Source of the DNA: Oscillospiraceae bacterium
GTDB lineage: Bacteria; Bacillota; Clostridia; Oscillospirales; UBA929
NCBI GenBank assembly: GCA_009780275.1
Contig: WRAI01000002.1
Location: 64,231 to 128,230 of the forward strand
Length of the DNA: 64,000 nt
Direction: 5' to 3'
Shown: positions 53,681 through 63,445 of the stretch, piece by piece
Numbering within the stretch: position 1 is the stretch's first letter
How the letters are laid out: every line of letters starts with the position of its first letter
Notes under the pieces: model-generated
Seen by the model: the letters and a program-made list of their open reading frames with translations, nothing else
The model's database searches: none
Told to the model about the DNA's origin: nothing
Position numbers and translations under genes: made by a program

Positions 53681-53911
53681 ATGAAACAGCGAAAATATGT
53701 CCCGCTCGAAAAGCGCTCCAAGCGGGAGCAAAAAGAGCATTTCTCGGCACTGCGCGGCAATTGGGGCGGCATCAATCCCGTGACTAAGAAGCCGCCGAAT
53801 CCCCAAGCATATAAACGCAAAAAATCCGGACAACGGTACGAACACGAACCGCTGCCCGGATTTTTGTTATTTTTCTCGCCTTTGCGCATACTAGCAATAT
53901 TGACATTGTAG
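53681..53911 (+). CDS. Small basic hypothetical protein (76 aa)
   Basis: GAGGAGG RBS. MKQRKYVPLEKRSKREQKEHFSALRGNWGGINPVTKKPPNPQAYKRKK. Similar small proteins occur in Clostridia, as I recall. Confidence 0.5.
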   Translation: MKQRKYVPLEKRSKREQKEHFSALRGNWGGINPVTKKPPNPQAYKRKKSGQRYEHEPLPGFLLFFSPLRILAILTL

Positions 53912-53954
53912 TGAGCGCATACGCGGGCGCCCCGCGAGAGGCAGGTATAAATCC

Positions 53955-55256
53955 ATGAATTCTGTATGGAGTGAAATGACGGCGCGGCAAGTTGATTTGC
54001 CTTTGGATGACAATATAACTACCGATGTACTGGTTGTTGGCGGCGGGCTGTGCGGCATGCTTACGGCACATCGTTTACAAGCGGCGGGCGTACGCTGTGT
54101 TGTCGTTGAAGCAAAGGCCGTTGGCAGCGGCATTACTAAAAACACCACGGCCAAAATTACGGCACAACATGGGCTGATTTATGCCGATTTAGTCAAGCGG
54201 CGCGGCGTTGAAAAAGCACGGCAGTATTATGATGCGAATATGCGCGCCATCGGCAATTACCGCACATTGGCCGAGCAATTTTCCTGTGATTTTGAGGAAA
54301 AAGCGGCTTACGTCTATTCAACCGACGACAGGTACAAGCTCGAGAATGAGGCGAAGGCGTACCATGAGTTGGGTATTACTTCACGCATTGAGGAATCTCC
54401 CCCACTGCCGATTGACACCGTCGGCGCAATCGCGATGGGCGGACAGGCGCAATTTCATCCGTTAAAGCTGTTGTATTCCCTCGCAGAGGGGCTGAAAATC
54501 TATGAAAATACCCTCATCTACAAAGTCGAGGGGCGCGTAGCTTATACGGCGAACGGGCGCAAAATTACAGCCAAGCACATCGTGTTGTGTACGCACTATC
54601 CGCTGATCAATGTGCCGGGGTTATATTTTCTCAAACTCTATCAGCATCGCAGCTATGTTTTGGCTTTGGAAAATGCGCCGCTTTTGGATGGCATGTATCT
54701 CGATGAACACAGGAATGGGCACTCGTTCCGCGTCTACGGCAATCTGCTTTTTGTCGGCGGCGGAGATCATAAGACGGGCAAAAGAGGTGGTAATTACGCC
54801 GCATTGGAAGCCCTTGCGGCACAGGTATATCCCAACGCCGCCATCCGATACCACTGGGCGACACAGGATTGTATGAGCCTTGACGGCGTGCCGTATATCG
54901 GGCGGCATCGAGCCGGCAAAGAGAATTTATACGTCGCGACAGGCTTTAACAAATGGGGCATGACGGGTTCAATGGTAGCGGCTGAACTGCTGTGTGACCT
55001 AATTGTTCATGGCCAGAGCGACCTTGAAGATCTCTATTCGCCGCAACGCTCCATGCTATCGAGCCAACTGTTGATGAATATCGGCGGCGCGGCCAAGGGA
55101 TTGCTGTCCATCGGCGGACCACGCTGCGCGCATATGGGTTGTAAACTGCATTGGAATGCCGTGGAAAAATCATGGGATTGCAGCTGTCACGGCTCGCGGT
55201 TTTGCGAGAGCGGGCAGGTCATTGATAACCCTGCAAAAAAAGAGCTTCGGCGATAG
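53955..55256 (+). CDS. FAD-dependent oxidoreductase with a C-terminal Rieske [2Fe-2S] domain
   Basis: VLVVGGGLCG dinucleotide motif. CAHMGC...CSCHGS Rieske motif. Confidence 0.8.
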   Translation: MNSVWSEMTARQVDLPLDDNITTDVLVVGGGLCGMLTAHRLQAAGVRCVVVEAKAVGSGITKNTTAKITAQHGLIYADLVKRRGVEKARQYYDANMRAIGNYRTLAEQFSCDFEEKAAYVYSTDDRYKLENEAKAYHELGITSRIEESPPLPIDTVGAIAMGGQAQFHPLKLLYSLAEGLKIYENTLIYKVEGRVAYTANGRKITAKHIVLCTHYPLINVPGLYFLKLYQHRSYVLALENAPLLDGMYLDEHRNGHSFRVYGNLLFVGGGDHKTGKRGGNYAALEALAAQVYPNAAIRYHWATQDCMSLDGVPYIGRHRAGKENLYVATGFNKWGMTGSMVAAELLCDLIVHGQSDLEDLYSPQRSMLSSQLLMNIGGAAKGLLSIGGPRCAHMGCKLHWNAVEKSWDCSCHGSRFCESGQVIDNPAKKELRR

Positions 55257-55264
55257 ACCGACGG

Positions 55265-56044
55265 TCAAGACAGCTTGACAGCCCTTGTCGCCACAAAGAG
55301 CGGAACATATTGCCCCCAAATACTCGTATCCGTATCCTCGTACAAATGCGTTAGAGCCAAACCGACTCTCAGTTGTCCGCCGATTTGTTCTTCCATCGTA
55401 TGGCTAAACTGTAAGCCCTCGTCGTTGTCAATCATACGTTGGCGGCGTTCGCCTTCCATTTTCAGTGGATTGAAGGGAAGTTTATTCTCCACTACAGGCG
55501 GATCTAAGTTCTCGTCCTCGACAAGAAAGTTAAGACCGTTGTCCATGCCGGCAAGCAATATGCCACCGGGTTTTAACACGCGTTGACACTCACCCCAAAT
55601 ATGGTATACATCCTCGACATACACATTGCTGACCGGGTGAAAAATTATATCAAAGCTGTTGTCGCCAAAAGGCAAGCGTTGCGTCATGTCGGCATGGACA
55701 ATGTCAATGTCATAGCCCTCGCGCGCTGCGACTTCGCGCTCACGATCAAGCTGGCGTTGGGAGTAATCCAATACGGTGCAATCGGCACCCAACGCTTGAA
55801 AAATCGGCATTTGTTGCCCGCCGCCGCAAGCGAGGCCGAGCAACTTTACACCGTCAAGCCGCCCGCTTTTGAGGTATGGCGAAAACCAGTCGTGCGGTAC
55901 GGGCTTCAGCGGTGTGAGCAATACGTCCCATCTGCCGTCTCTCGCTGCTTGGTAGGCTTCGGCGGTGGTTACGATGCCCCACTCCCAACCGGCGTCTGTC
56001 CATTTGTCAATGGTGCGGGCATTGATATCTGTATAGTTTTGCAT
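55265..56044 (-). CDS. Class I SAM-dependent methyltransferase
   Basis: LLGLACGGGQQ motif I, VLDYS, FDIIFHP. Confidence 0.8.
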   Translation of the reverse strand: MQNYTDINARTIDKWTDAGWEWGIVTTAEAYQAARDGRWDVLLTPLKPVPHDWFSPYLKSGRLDGVKLLGLACGGGQQMPIFQALGADCTVLDYSQRQLDREREVAAREGYDIDIVHADMTQRLPFGDNSFDIIFHPVSNVYVEDVYHIWGECQRVLKPGGILLAGMDNGLNFLVEDENLDPPVVENKLPFNPLKMEGERRQRMIDNDEGLQFSHTMEEQIGGQLRVGLALTHLYEDTDTSIWGQYVPLFVATRAVKLS

Positions 56045-56071
56045 AATATGCTCCCCTGTTTAAGGCCTGTT

Positions 56072-56818
56072 TCACCGCAGCGCATCTTCCATTTCGCGGA
56101 TATAGTCGGTCACCGGTGTGATAGCATCTTTGCCGTGTTCGGCAACGAGTTGCACGATGCCGCTGCCAATCATTACACCATCGACAATGGCTGCCATTTT
56201 CCGTGCCTGCTCAGATGTATTTACGGCGATGGCACAGGGTAGGTCAGCTACAGCTTTGGCTTGTACTATCATTTGGGCGGCATCGGAATCGGCTTGGCCC
56301 AGCGAGGATACACAGTATAAAAAGCCTTCGGCTTGGCGCGCAATGGTCTGGACGCGCTCTTGTGAGGATGGCGCAATCAGCGAAATATGTGTAATGCCAT
56401 ACTGTTTGCAGGCATCGGCCAATTCGCCTCGCTCTTCAAACGGCAGGTCGGGTACGATGACGCCGTCAATACCGCAATCTTGACAGTTTTTCATAAACCG
56501 CTCGGTACCGTATGCGAAGATGGGGTTGATATACGTCATAAACAGCAGCGGAATGTCGACATTCCGCCGCGCACGTTTGACCATGGCAAACAACTTATCC
56601 ACGGTGCAGCCGTTAGTGAGAGCGCGTTCGTCGGCGGTTTGTACGACAAGTGTTTCGGCCATCGGATCGGAAAAGGGAATGCCGATTTCTATCATGTCTA
56701 CGCCACTTTCAGCCATGGCGACAATCAGTTTTTCTGTTGTTTCGATGTTTGGGTCGCCGCCGGTGAGGAAAGCCGTCAATGCTTTTTTATTGACAAAAGC
56801 TTGCGTAATCTTATTCAT
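56072..56818 (-). CDS. trpA: Tryptophan synthase alpha chain
   Basis: Start at [31 protein letters not shown] motifs. Confidence 0.9.
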   Translation of the reverse strand: MNKITQAFVNKKALTAFLTGGDPNIETTEKLIVAMAESGVDMIEIGIPFSDPMAETLVVQTADERALTNGCTVDKLFAMVKRARRNVDIPLLFMTYINPIFAYGTERFMKNCQDCGIDGVIVPDLPFEERGELADACKQYGITHISLIAPSSQERVQTIARQAEGFLYCVSSLGQADSDAAQMIVQAKAVADLPCAIAVNTSEQARKMAAIVDGVMIGSGIVQLVAEHGKDAITPVTDYIREMEDALR

Positions 56819-57998
56819 GAATGTCGACCCCCTTGTACCGCGCGATGGTTGCCACGTCTTTGTCACCGCGCCCCGACAGGTTGAGCACGATAATTTTGTC
56901 CTTGTCCAGCTGCGGCGCCAATTTCATGGTATGCGCCACGGCGTGGGCGCTCTCGATGGCGGGGATGATCCCCTCGGTACGCGCTAAATAACTAAACGCC
57001 TCGACGGCCTCTTTGTCGGTCACGGCAACATATTCGCCGCGTCCGGTCTCGTGCAATTGGGCGTGTTCAGGGCCGATGCCCGGATAGTCCAACCCGGCTG
57101 AAATGGAATGTACCGGTGCGATTTGCCCATACGCGTCTTGGACAAACAGCGACTTCATGCCATGGAAAATGCCGGGGCTGCCGGTGCTCAACGTAGCTGC
57201 ATGTTTACCCGAAGCGATACCGTGACCGGCGGCCTCGCAGCCAATAAGGCGAACGCTCTCATCACCAATGAAGTCAAAGAACGCACCAATGGCGTTGCTG
57301 CCACCGCCGGCGCAGGCGACAATGGCATCAGGCAGCCGTCCCTCGGCGCCTTGCAGCTGCGCACGGATTTCCCGCCCGATAACGGACTGAAAGTCCCGCA
57401 CCATCGTGGGGAAGGGGTGTGGCCCCATGACGCTGCCGATGACGTAATGTGTGTCTTCAAGCCGTGTCACCCACTCACGCATGGCGGCGTTGACGGCGTC
57501 TTTTAACGTTTGCGTACCGCTTGTTACGGCATGCACTTTGGCGCCGAGCAGTTCCATACGAAAGACGTTGAGGGCTTGCCGCTCGGTGTCCTCTCTGCCC
57601 ATAAAGACTTCACAATCCAGCCCCAGCAGCGCAGCAGCAGTCGCTGTTGCCACGCCGTGCTGTCCCGCGCCGGTTTCGGCGATGACGCGCGTTTTGCCCA
57701 TCTTTTTAGCCAACAATGTCTGTCCCAGCACGTTGTTGATTTTGTGCGAACCGGTGTGGTTGAGGTCCTCGCGCTTAATGTAAATTTTGGCACCGCCGAG
57801 GTCTGCCGTCATTTTCTCGGCAAAATAGAGCATGGACGGACGGCCTGCATAGTTGTTCAGCAACGCCGTAAACTCGGCTTGGAAGTCCGGGTCTTTTGCG
57901 TAGTGCTGATAGGCGGTGTTGAGTTCTTGTACGGTCGGCATTAAGACTTCGGGAATGTATTGGCCGCCGAATGTGCCGAACCTGCCTGCTTTGTTCAT
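56811..57998 (-). CDS. trpB: Tryptophan synthase beta chain
   Basis: [24 protein letters not shown] (PLP lysine), GGGSNAIG. Confidence 0.95.
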   Translation of the reverse strand: MNKAGRFGTFGGQYIPEVLMPTVQELNTAYQHYAKDPDFQAEFTALLNNYAGRPSMLYFAEKMTADLGGAKIYIKREDLNHTGSHKINNVLGQTLLAKKMGKTRVIAETGAGQHGVATATAAALLGLDCEVFMGREDTERQALNVFRMELLGAKVHAVTSGTQTLKDAVNAAMREWVTRLEDTHYVIGSVMGPHPFPTMVRDFQSVIGREIRAQLQGAEGRLPDAIVACAGGGSNAIGAFFDFIGDESVRLIGCEAAGHGIASGKHAATLSTGSPGIFHGMKSLFVQDAYGQIAPVHSISAGLDYPGIGPEHAQLHETGRGEYVAVTDKEAVEAFSYLARTEGIIPAIESAHAVAHTMKLAPQLDKDKIIVLNLSGRGDKDVATIARYKGVDIHE

Positions 57999-58078
57999 GA
58001 TCTGCCCTGCCTTTACCAGTTGTTTATAAAATCGCCCTTGGCAAAGCTTTCATGTTCCGCCAAGGACGAATATTTTAA

Positions 58079-59452
58079 CTACCCGAGGATGAAGCCGAAG
58101 AGTATGGTGGCGACGATGACTTGAGTGAAGCCGATGATGGCCTCGTACGGCCAGACGGAGAGACGCTCTTTAAGTTGGACTCTGAGGCCGTCCTTGCTGG
58201 CCAGGAAGTAGTTGCCATGCGGCATGATGTCCAATGTCGTCGAGCCAGCATGCGTCATGACAGCGCCGTGGACGGGGTTAATGCCTGCGTATATCAGTGT
58301 CGGGGCAAACATTTCACCTGCAAGGAGCGCGCCGGCCGCCGTAGACCCGATGGCCGATGCCATGAAAATGCCTGACAAAGGCGCCAGCATAAAGGTGGGC
58401 AAGCCCAGCCCGATAATGGCAGACTCAAACACGCCGGGCAGCTGAGAATTGGTAATCAACGCGCCGATCGTGCCGGCACCGATGAGCATCAACACGATAG
58501 GTGCGATTTTCATAATGCCTTTGTTGGTGTATTCGACAAAGTTTCGGCCCTTTCCCAATATCAGCGCGCCGGTTAACGCGGCGATGGGCAGGACAAAAAG
58601 TGCATCGAGTTCAAAGGCTTCAAAAAAGCCGATGCCTATGGCGCGACCAATGGTGCTGCTGAGCAGCAGCCCAACAGCGATGGCAGGCGCGGCAATGGAT
58701 TTACCGAAACTTGGCAAGTTGGCTTCGCTGTCAGCGTCACCGTCTGCGGCGGTGACGGGTGAGCCTTTTTTCTTGATGGCGGTTGCCAACAGCGTGGTAA
58801 TGACAATGCCGAAAATCATGGGAATAAAACCAGCAATCATCAGCTCACTCAACGGAATGCCATAACTGTCGGCCAGCGCGACGGCGTTGGGATTGGGCGA
58901 AATCAAGTTACCTGTCTTAGCACCGCCTGACAGCGCCAAAATCAGCGCCATTTTATGAATATTGGTACGCCGTCCCACCGACAGCGCGATGGGTGCGAGA
59001 ATGACAACACCGACGGTCATAAAGATGCCCGATGCCGTTAGAATCGTGCCCGACAGCGTTATGGCCAGCAGTGCCAGTTTGGCACCCAGTTTCTTAACCA
59101 GCCCGCGCGCAATGGATTCCGCCGCACCCGACTCGATGAGTACGCCAGCCAGCACACCGCCGGCAATGATGCGCACGAACGTACCGGCAAGGCTTCGCGT
59201 ACCTTCGATAACGACGCGTAGCGACTCGGGCAGTAATTGGCTCCACGTCAAGTCGCCCATCATGCCGCCGATGATGACGCCGACGATTGTGCCGGTAAAC
59301 ATAGCGGCGACAGGCGTCATTTTCCAACAAATCAGCCCGATGGCGAGGAGCAGCCCGATGATAACGCCCAGCCAATGGATGGCGGGCCCCGCCGCGTCGT
59401 AGACGGGATAGTATTCGGAAACGGCCGGATAGTAAGTTGCTAAGTTTGTCAT
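58079..59452 (-). CDS. GntP-family (gluconate/DsdX-type) permease
   Basis: Start at MTNLATYY. GGVLAGVLIESGAAE and a repeated hairpin-helix pattern typical of GntP/IT-superfamily transporters. Confidence 0.7.
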   Translation of the reverse strand: MTNLATYYPAVSEYYPVYDAAGPAIHWLGVIIGLLLAIGLICWKMTPVAAMFTGTIVGVIIGGMMGDLTWSQLLPESLRVVIEGTRSLAGTFVRIIAGGVLAGVLIESGAAESIARGLVKKLGAKLALLAITLSGTILTASGIFMTVGVVILAPIALSVGRRTNIHKMALILALSGGAKTGNLISPNPNAVALADSYGIPLSELMIAGFIPMIFGIVITTLLATAIKKKGSPVTAADGDADSEANLPSFGKSIAAPAIAVGLLLSSTIGRAIGIGFFEAFELDALFVLPIAALTGALILGKGRNFVEYTNKGIMKIAPIVLMLIGAGTIGALITNSQLPGVFESAIIGLGLPTFMLAPLSGIFMASAIGSTAAGALLAGEMFAPTLIYAGINPVHGAVMTHAGSTTLDIMPHGNYFLASKDGLRVQLKERLSVWPYEAIIGFTQVIVATILFGFILG

Positions 59453-59491
59453 AGTTGCGTGTTTCCCCCTGCGTTTTTTATAAATCTGCTT

Positions 59492-59520
59492 ATTGTACCA
59501 TAGAATTTTGGCATTGGCAA
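59492..59520 (-). promoter_or_regulatory. Promoter of the permease(-trpBA) unit
   Basis: Minus strand TTGCCA-17 nt-(TGg)TACAAT. Confidence 0.5.
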
Positions 59521-59630
59521 GGGGGGGTATCGGCAATTTACGGCGCGGTATCCTATATACACTTTAACAAAAGCAAAATATCGTGAATGCCTTGACGAAG
59601 CGGCTTTTGGTAGATTATAATAGATGCGTA

Positions 59631-60230
59631 TCAGTTGATCGGTTCAAAATCGCTTGCGCCGTGTTTACAGATGGGACAGATGAATGCACTTGGCAAATTT
59701 GCGCCCTCGTAAACATAGCTGCAAATCTTGCACCGCCAGCCGCTTTGCGCCGCAGCATTGGGTTTGATGTATTTGTGATAATGGGCATAGGTCAAACTTT
59801 CGGCGTCGCTGAGGATGGCCGCATCGGTCATTTCGGATTTGAACAGTGTGTGCGTACCGAAGTCCAATACTTCTTTAATGGCAAAAGACAAGTAGGCGTT
59901 TGTGCAATCATTTAGGTAGATCAGCCCACTTTGGCTTCGCACTACCGTTTCGCCGTCGGCGAATTTATTGACAATTTCGCCCGAATGAAACCCGAAACGC
60001 TCGAAAACGCTAAATGGTGTTTGGGTTGTCAGGCAGGACACATTGAATTGCTTTGACGCCACGAGCATGTCGTGCGTATAGTTGCCCTTGTTAACAGCAA
60101 CTACACCGAGTGTCGGCGCTTGGCTTGTAATTTGCATGACGGTATTGACGATGCAACCGTTATCCTTGTCGGTTTTGGCAGTCAGGACATAGAGCCCATA
60201 ACCGAGTTTATGCAAAGCCGATGTATCCAT
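59631..60230 (-). CDS. Flavin reductase-like domain fused to a C-terminal rubredoxin domain
   Basis: Start at MDTSALHKLGYGLYVLT (GAGGAG RBS). C-terminal WRCKIC...CPICK rubredoxin knuckles. Confidence 0.75.
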   Translation of the reverse strand: MDTSALHKLGYGLYVLTAKTDKDNGCIVNTVMQITSQAPTLGVVAVNKGNYTHDMLVASKQFNVSCLTTQTPFSVFERFGFHSGEIVNKFADGETVVRSQSGLIYLNDCTNAYLSFAIKEVLDFGTHTLFKSEMTDAAILSDAESLTYAHYHKYIKPNAAAQSGWRCKICSYVYEGANLPSAFICPICKHGASDFEPIN

Positions 60231-60282
60231 AGTTACAACTCCTCTATCAGTAAATAATTTCTGTGCGAAATGAGGTGAGAAT

Positions 60283-60417
60283 GTGAAACAGTTTGTGTGT
60301 GACGTTTGCTCATATGTGTACGATGAGATCGTTGAGGGCGTAACCTTTGCCGACTTGCCCGAGGATTGGGTTTGTCCGTTGTGCGGCGTCGGCAAAGAGC
60401 AGTTCAGTGAGGCATAA
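60283..60417 (+). CDS. Rubredoxin (44 aa, GTG start), too short to appear in the ORF track
   Basis: (M)[43 protein letters not shown] with CxxC...CPxCG. GAGGTGA RBS. Confidence 0.7.
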   Translation: MKQFVCDVCSYVYDEIVEGVTFADLPEDWVCPLCGVGKEQFSEA

Positions 60418-60428
60418 ATCTATGTGAC

Positions 60429-60455
60429 GCAGGGGCGAGTGATGGACGCCCCTGC
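60429..60455. terminator. Bidirectional hairpin terminator
   Basis: gcaggggcg-N9-cgcccctgc. Confidence 0.7.
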
Positions 60456-60459
60456 AAGT

Positions 60460-61395
60460 TTACGTTAACCAAATTGGCTGCGTCCAGGACTTGCGGCCTT
60501 TTTCGTCGGCGCATACGGCCCATACGCAATTCATGCCGGCTTCGCGCGGCAGCCATTCTTTGGTAAAGGGCCAGGCGAATTCAGTCATCAGTATGTCGCT
60601 TTCGACAGGGTAGCGTCCGCCAACGGAGGCATCGCCGAAAACCGAGATTGTTTTGCTGGGCTCACATTTGATATGCGCTACGCCGTCTTCAACGTAGAAA
60701 TCGTGGATTTCAGGGCCACCGGTCGAAGCATAAAAACTGCCGGCTTTGATGGCATCCATGACGTCTTTGTGCGTCAAAGATTTTGCTTTGACGGTAATCC
60801 AACCGCCCAAGTAGCCGCTGCGGCGATGTGCATCATCGCAGGCAAAGGCAAGCATTTTGTCGCCCGCCCACATTGAGCGTTCAAAATAACTCACTGACTC
60901 ACCGCAGGCACAGGCCAACTCGCTGGCGTTGTTATAAATTTCCATTCCTATACAATTTGCAATCGATGAATATGCTTCCATGCTGACATGCGACCAGCGC
61001 GGGTGGCAATAAATGGAAACGCAGCCATTGGCGTTCATATAGTCGATGGTCTGCTGCATATCCATGTCTTTGCTGAGTTCATGCACATCCTGACCGTGGA
61101 CAAACGGCGTGTCACCGGGAATGGCCATATGTACTGTGTGATGGCAAAAGCCGTCATCACCAGACAGCGACTTGCCCAACTCTGTGCCGCCGAAGATAAT
61201 AAAGTCGTCGCTTTGCAAGTCGTCATGAATGCCCCACTTGCCGTGATCGGTGACTGCCAGAAAATGATACCCGTGGTCTCGGTAAACGGCGACGGCACCG
61301 GCCGGGTCGAGATGCCCGTCACTCATGGTGGTATGCAGATGCAGATTGCCTTTGTACCACTGTCCGCCCTCAATCAATGTGCGCAATTTTGCCAT
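60460..61395 (-). CDS. Cytoplasmic PHP-domain (CehA/McbA-like) metallohydrolase
   Basis: Start at MAKLRTLIEGG (AGGAGGG RBS). NLHLHTTMSDG...FLAVTDHG PHP motifs. Confidence 0.75.
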   Translation of the reverse strand: MAKLRTLIEGGQWYKGNLHLHTTMSDGHLDPAGAVAVYRDHGYHFLAVTDHGKWGIHDDLQSDDFIIFGGTELGKSLSGDDGFCHHTVHMAIPGDTPFVHGQDVHELSKDMDMQQTIDYMNANGCVSIYCHPRWSHVSMEAYSSIANCIGMEIYNNASELACACGESVSYFERSMWAGDKMLAFACDDAHRRSGYLGGWITVKAKSLTHKDVMDAIKAGSFYASTGGPEIHDFYVEDGVAHIKCEPSKTISVFGDASVGGRYPVESDILMTEFAWPFTKEWLPREAGMNCVWAVCADEKGRKSWTQPIWLT

Positions 61396-61523
61396 GGAAA
61401 TGCCCTCCTGTGTGATTTTATTCAGTATACCTTTTTTGTTGAAAGCTGTCAATGTGATGGTCGTAAAATAAAAGCAGCACCAGAGAATTTCTTTTGCTGC
61501 TTTGGCTATTTCACTGTTCATAT

Positions 61524-61544
61524 GGGGCGGCAGGATGCCGCCCC
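61524..61544 (-). terminator. Hairpin immediately after the pdaA-like stop codon
   Basis: ggggcggca-gga-tgccgcccc. The last base overlaps the TAG stop on the minus strand. Confidence 0.6.
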
Positions 61545-62293
61545 TACACGCCGATTTCATCCAACCGTCCAAACGTGTAGCCGTTATCTTTCCAGCGTTG
61601 TAATAGCTCGTCGAGAATTTCGGCATTTGTTTTGGAGGTATTGTGCAACAGTACAATGGCACCGTTGTGTGTGCGCGGCAGCAGTTTATCAAAAGCTTGT
61701 TGTCGTGATGGCTGCTTATTGTTGTCCCAGTCGGCGTATGCCAAACTCCAAAAGACTGTTTTGTAGCCTAAATCTTTCGCCATTTGCAGGCTCTTTTGGC
61801 AATACTTACCGCTCGGCGGACGGTAGATTTTTTGCATCTCTTCACCTGTGATATTTTTGTAGAGCCCGGCGAGCGACTCTAGTTCTTGTTTGAATTTTTC
61901 GGCACTTAAACCCGACATATTGGGATGCCCATAACTATGGTTGCCAACAATATGCCCTTCTGCCACCATGCGGCGCACCAAGTCCGGCTCTTGTTCGAGG
62001 TAGTGTCCGACCAAGAAGAATGTGGCAGGTACGCCGTGCTTTTTCAAGGCATCTAAAATTGGCATGGTGTTGCCATTCTCATAACCTGCGTCAAAAGTAA
62101 GATACAGCACTTTTTGGCTTGTGTCCCCAAGATAATATGCATCGTATTCTGCTAAAAATTCTGCTGATTCCTGTCCTTTTGGCGGCTGACCTTGCGCGCC
62201 AAAGCCCAAGCCCCAGTTGCTCTCCGCTAAGGCTGTATTTGATAACATCAGGCACGCTAAGCCTGCAAAAATCAATCGTTTCATCTTCTCCAA
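61544..62293 (-). CDS. pdaA: Polysaccharide deacetylase, PdaA-like (spore cortex delta-lactam de-N-acetylase type)
   Basis: Signal peptide. WGLGFG...YLTFDAGYENGNT..ILD.LKKHGVPATFF.VG, GNHSYGHP. Confidence 0.7.
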   Translation of the reverse strand: MEKMKRLIFAGLACLMLSNTALAESNWGLGFGAQGQPPKGQESAEFLAEYDAYYLGDTSQKVLYLTFDAGYENGNTMPILDALKKHGVPATFFLVGHYLEQEPDLVRRMVAEGHIVGNHSYGHPNMSGLSAEKFKQELESLAGLYKNITGEEMQKIYRPPSGKYCQKSLQMAKDLGYKTVFWSLAYADWDNNKQPSRQQAFDKLLPRTHNGAIVLLHNTSKTNAEILDELLQRWKDNGYTFGRLDEIGV

Positions 62294-62367
62294 CTCCTTG
62301 CCTGCCTACTATTTTCAAAAAATGGGCACGGCATACGAGCTAAATGTTGGAATTGAATATTAATATT

Positions 62368-63393
62368 CTACTTCAAAGCGTCTTTTACCTGTTCTATCCG
62401 AATATCAATTAAATTTTTATACACCTCAAAATCCTGGACACTATATTGCCGACCTCTGGTAATGTTGCAGTTACAATTCGTCGCAGAGACGTCCTCACCG
62501 GCGATTTTTATTTTAATAGGTCCGTTACATCCATTCCCGATGAAATTGCAGGAGCGGCCGGGCAATTTACACTTGTGAATATCTTGCTTGATCACATCCA
62601 GTATTGTTTTTGCCTTATCATATTGCGAAACAACATCCAAAAACGATTCTAATCTGTTTTTGTGTTTGCCATCTTTTATATCAAAACTATACGGAATATC
62701 AATAGACGGCGCGCTTGTTAGTTTAGCCACATTGTTACCTCTATAGGTGAAAATCATCCACTTGCTGCTGAATGCTTTGATTTTCACTTTATCGCTTACG
62801 GATTTCGCATGTTCATACAGCATTGAAAATCCTTCTCGCTGCGTATCATTGAAGGAGTGTATAATATCATCAAATGTTAGCACGTATTTTTTGTTGAATA
62901 CCCGAAAATCACATTCAAACATAGGTGTGTTTCGTTTATGTCGAAGTGGCTGCATCCGATATATAGTTTCTAGAAACAGTGGATACTTTCTATTTGTAAT
63001 TTCCACCATGTCGTTCTCTACAACAAACGAGAAGCCGAACTTTTGGAGTTTTCGATACGCTTTCAATCGCTTTTCCAGTTTCTTAAACTTTCCCGCCGGA
63101 ATCAACCATCGCTCGCCGCATACAGTGAGCTCCTTACATTTAAGCACAGTATCAAAAAAGCCTTCATAATGACTGAACCACGTTAGGTCATCTTCCTCAT
63201 ATTGCGTGTGATTTACATACATATCTACCATAATCTCGTTATATAGTTCATGCACCTGTAAACATCCGATTTTTAGTTCATCATCCGTAATATCGCGCAA
63301 CGTTAAATCAAGCGGCAAAATTTTTGTGCCGTGCCGCCAAACTTTCCATTGCAAGCCGTTTTCAAATTGTATTTGATTTTTATTGAACTTCAT
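62368..63393 (-). CDS. AT-rich hypothetical protein (341 aa) with a Cys-rich C-terminal segment
   Basis: Long clean ORF. CKLPGRSCNFIGNGCNGP...NCNCN. No family recognised. Confidence 0.6.
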   Translation of the reverse strand: MKFNKNQIQFENGLQWKVWRHGTKILPLDLTLRDITDDELKIGCLQVHELYNEIMVDMYVNHTQYEEDDLTWFSHYEGFFDTVLKCKELTVCGERWLIPAGKFKKLEKRLKAYRKLQKFGFSFVVENDMVEITNRKYPLFLETIYRMQPLRHKRNTPMFECDFRVFNKKYVLTFDDIIHSFNDTQREGFSMLYEHAKSVSDKVKIKAFSSKWMIFTYRGNNVAKLTSAPSIDIPYSFDIKDGKHKNRLESFLDVVSQYDKAKTILDVIKQDIHKCKLPGRSCNFIGNGCNGPIKIKIAGEDVSATNCNCNITRGRQYSVQDFEVYKNLIDIRIEQVKDALK

Positions 63394-63411
63394 TTTACAT
63401 TTCCTCTATAG

Positions 63412-63429
63412 GGGCGGCAAGAGCCGCCC
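63412..63429 (-). terminator. Hairpin between the two orphan genes
   Basis: gggcggc-aaga-gccgccc. Confidence 0.5.
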
Positions 63430-63445
63430 TTCACTATACCTTAGT

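Noticed and set aside
57999-58078. Trp T-box, TRAP-binding (G/U)AG repeats or a leader-peptide attenuator upstream of trpB
   Set aside because: The intergenic region is only 80 nt, with one modest hairpin. There is no specifier/T-box sequence, no Trp-codon leader and no triplet-repeat array.
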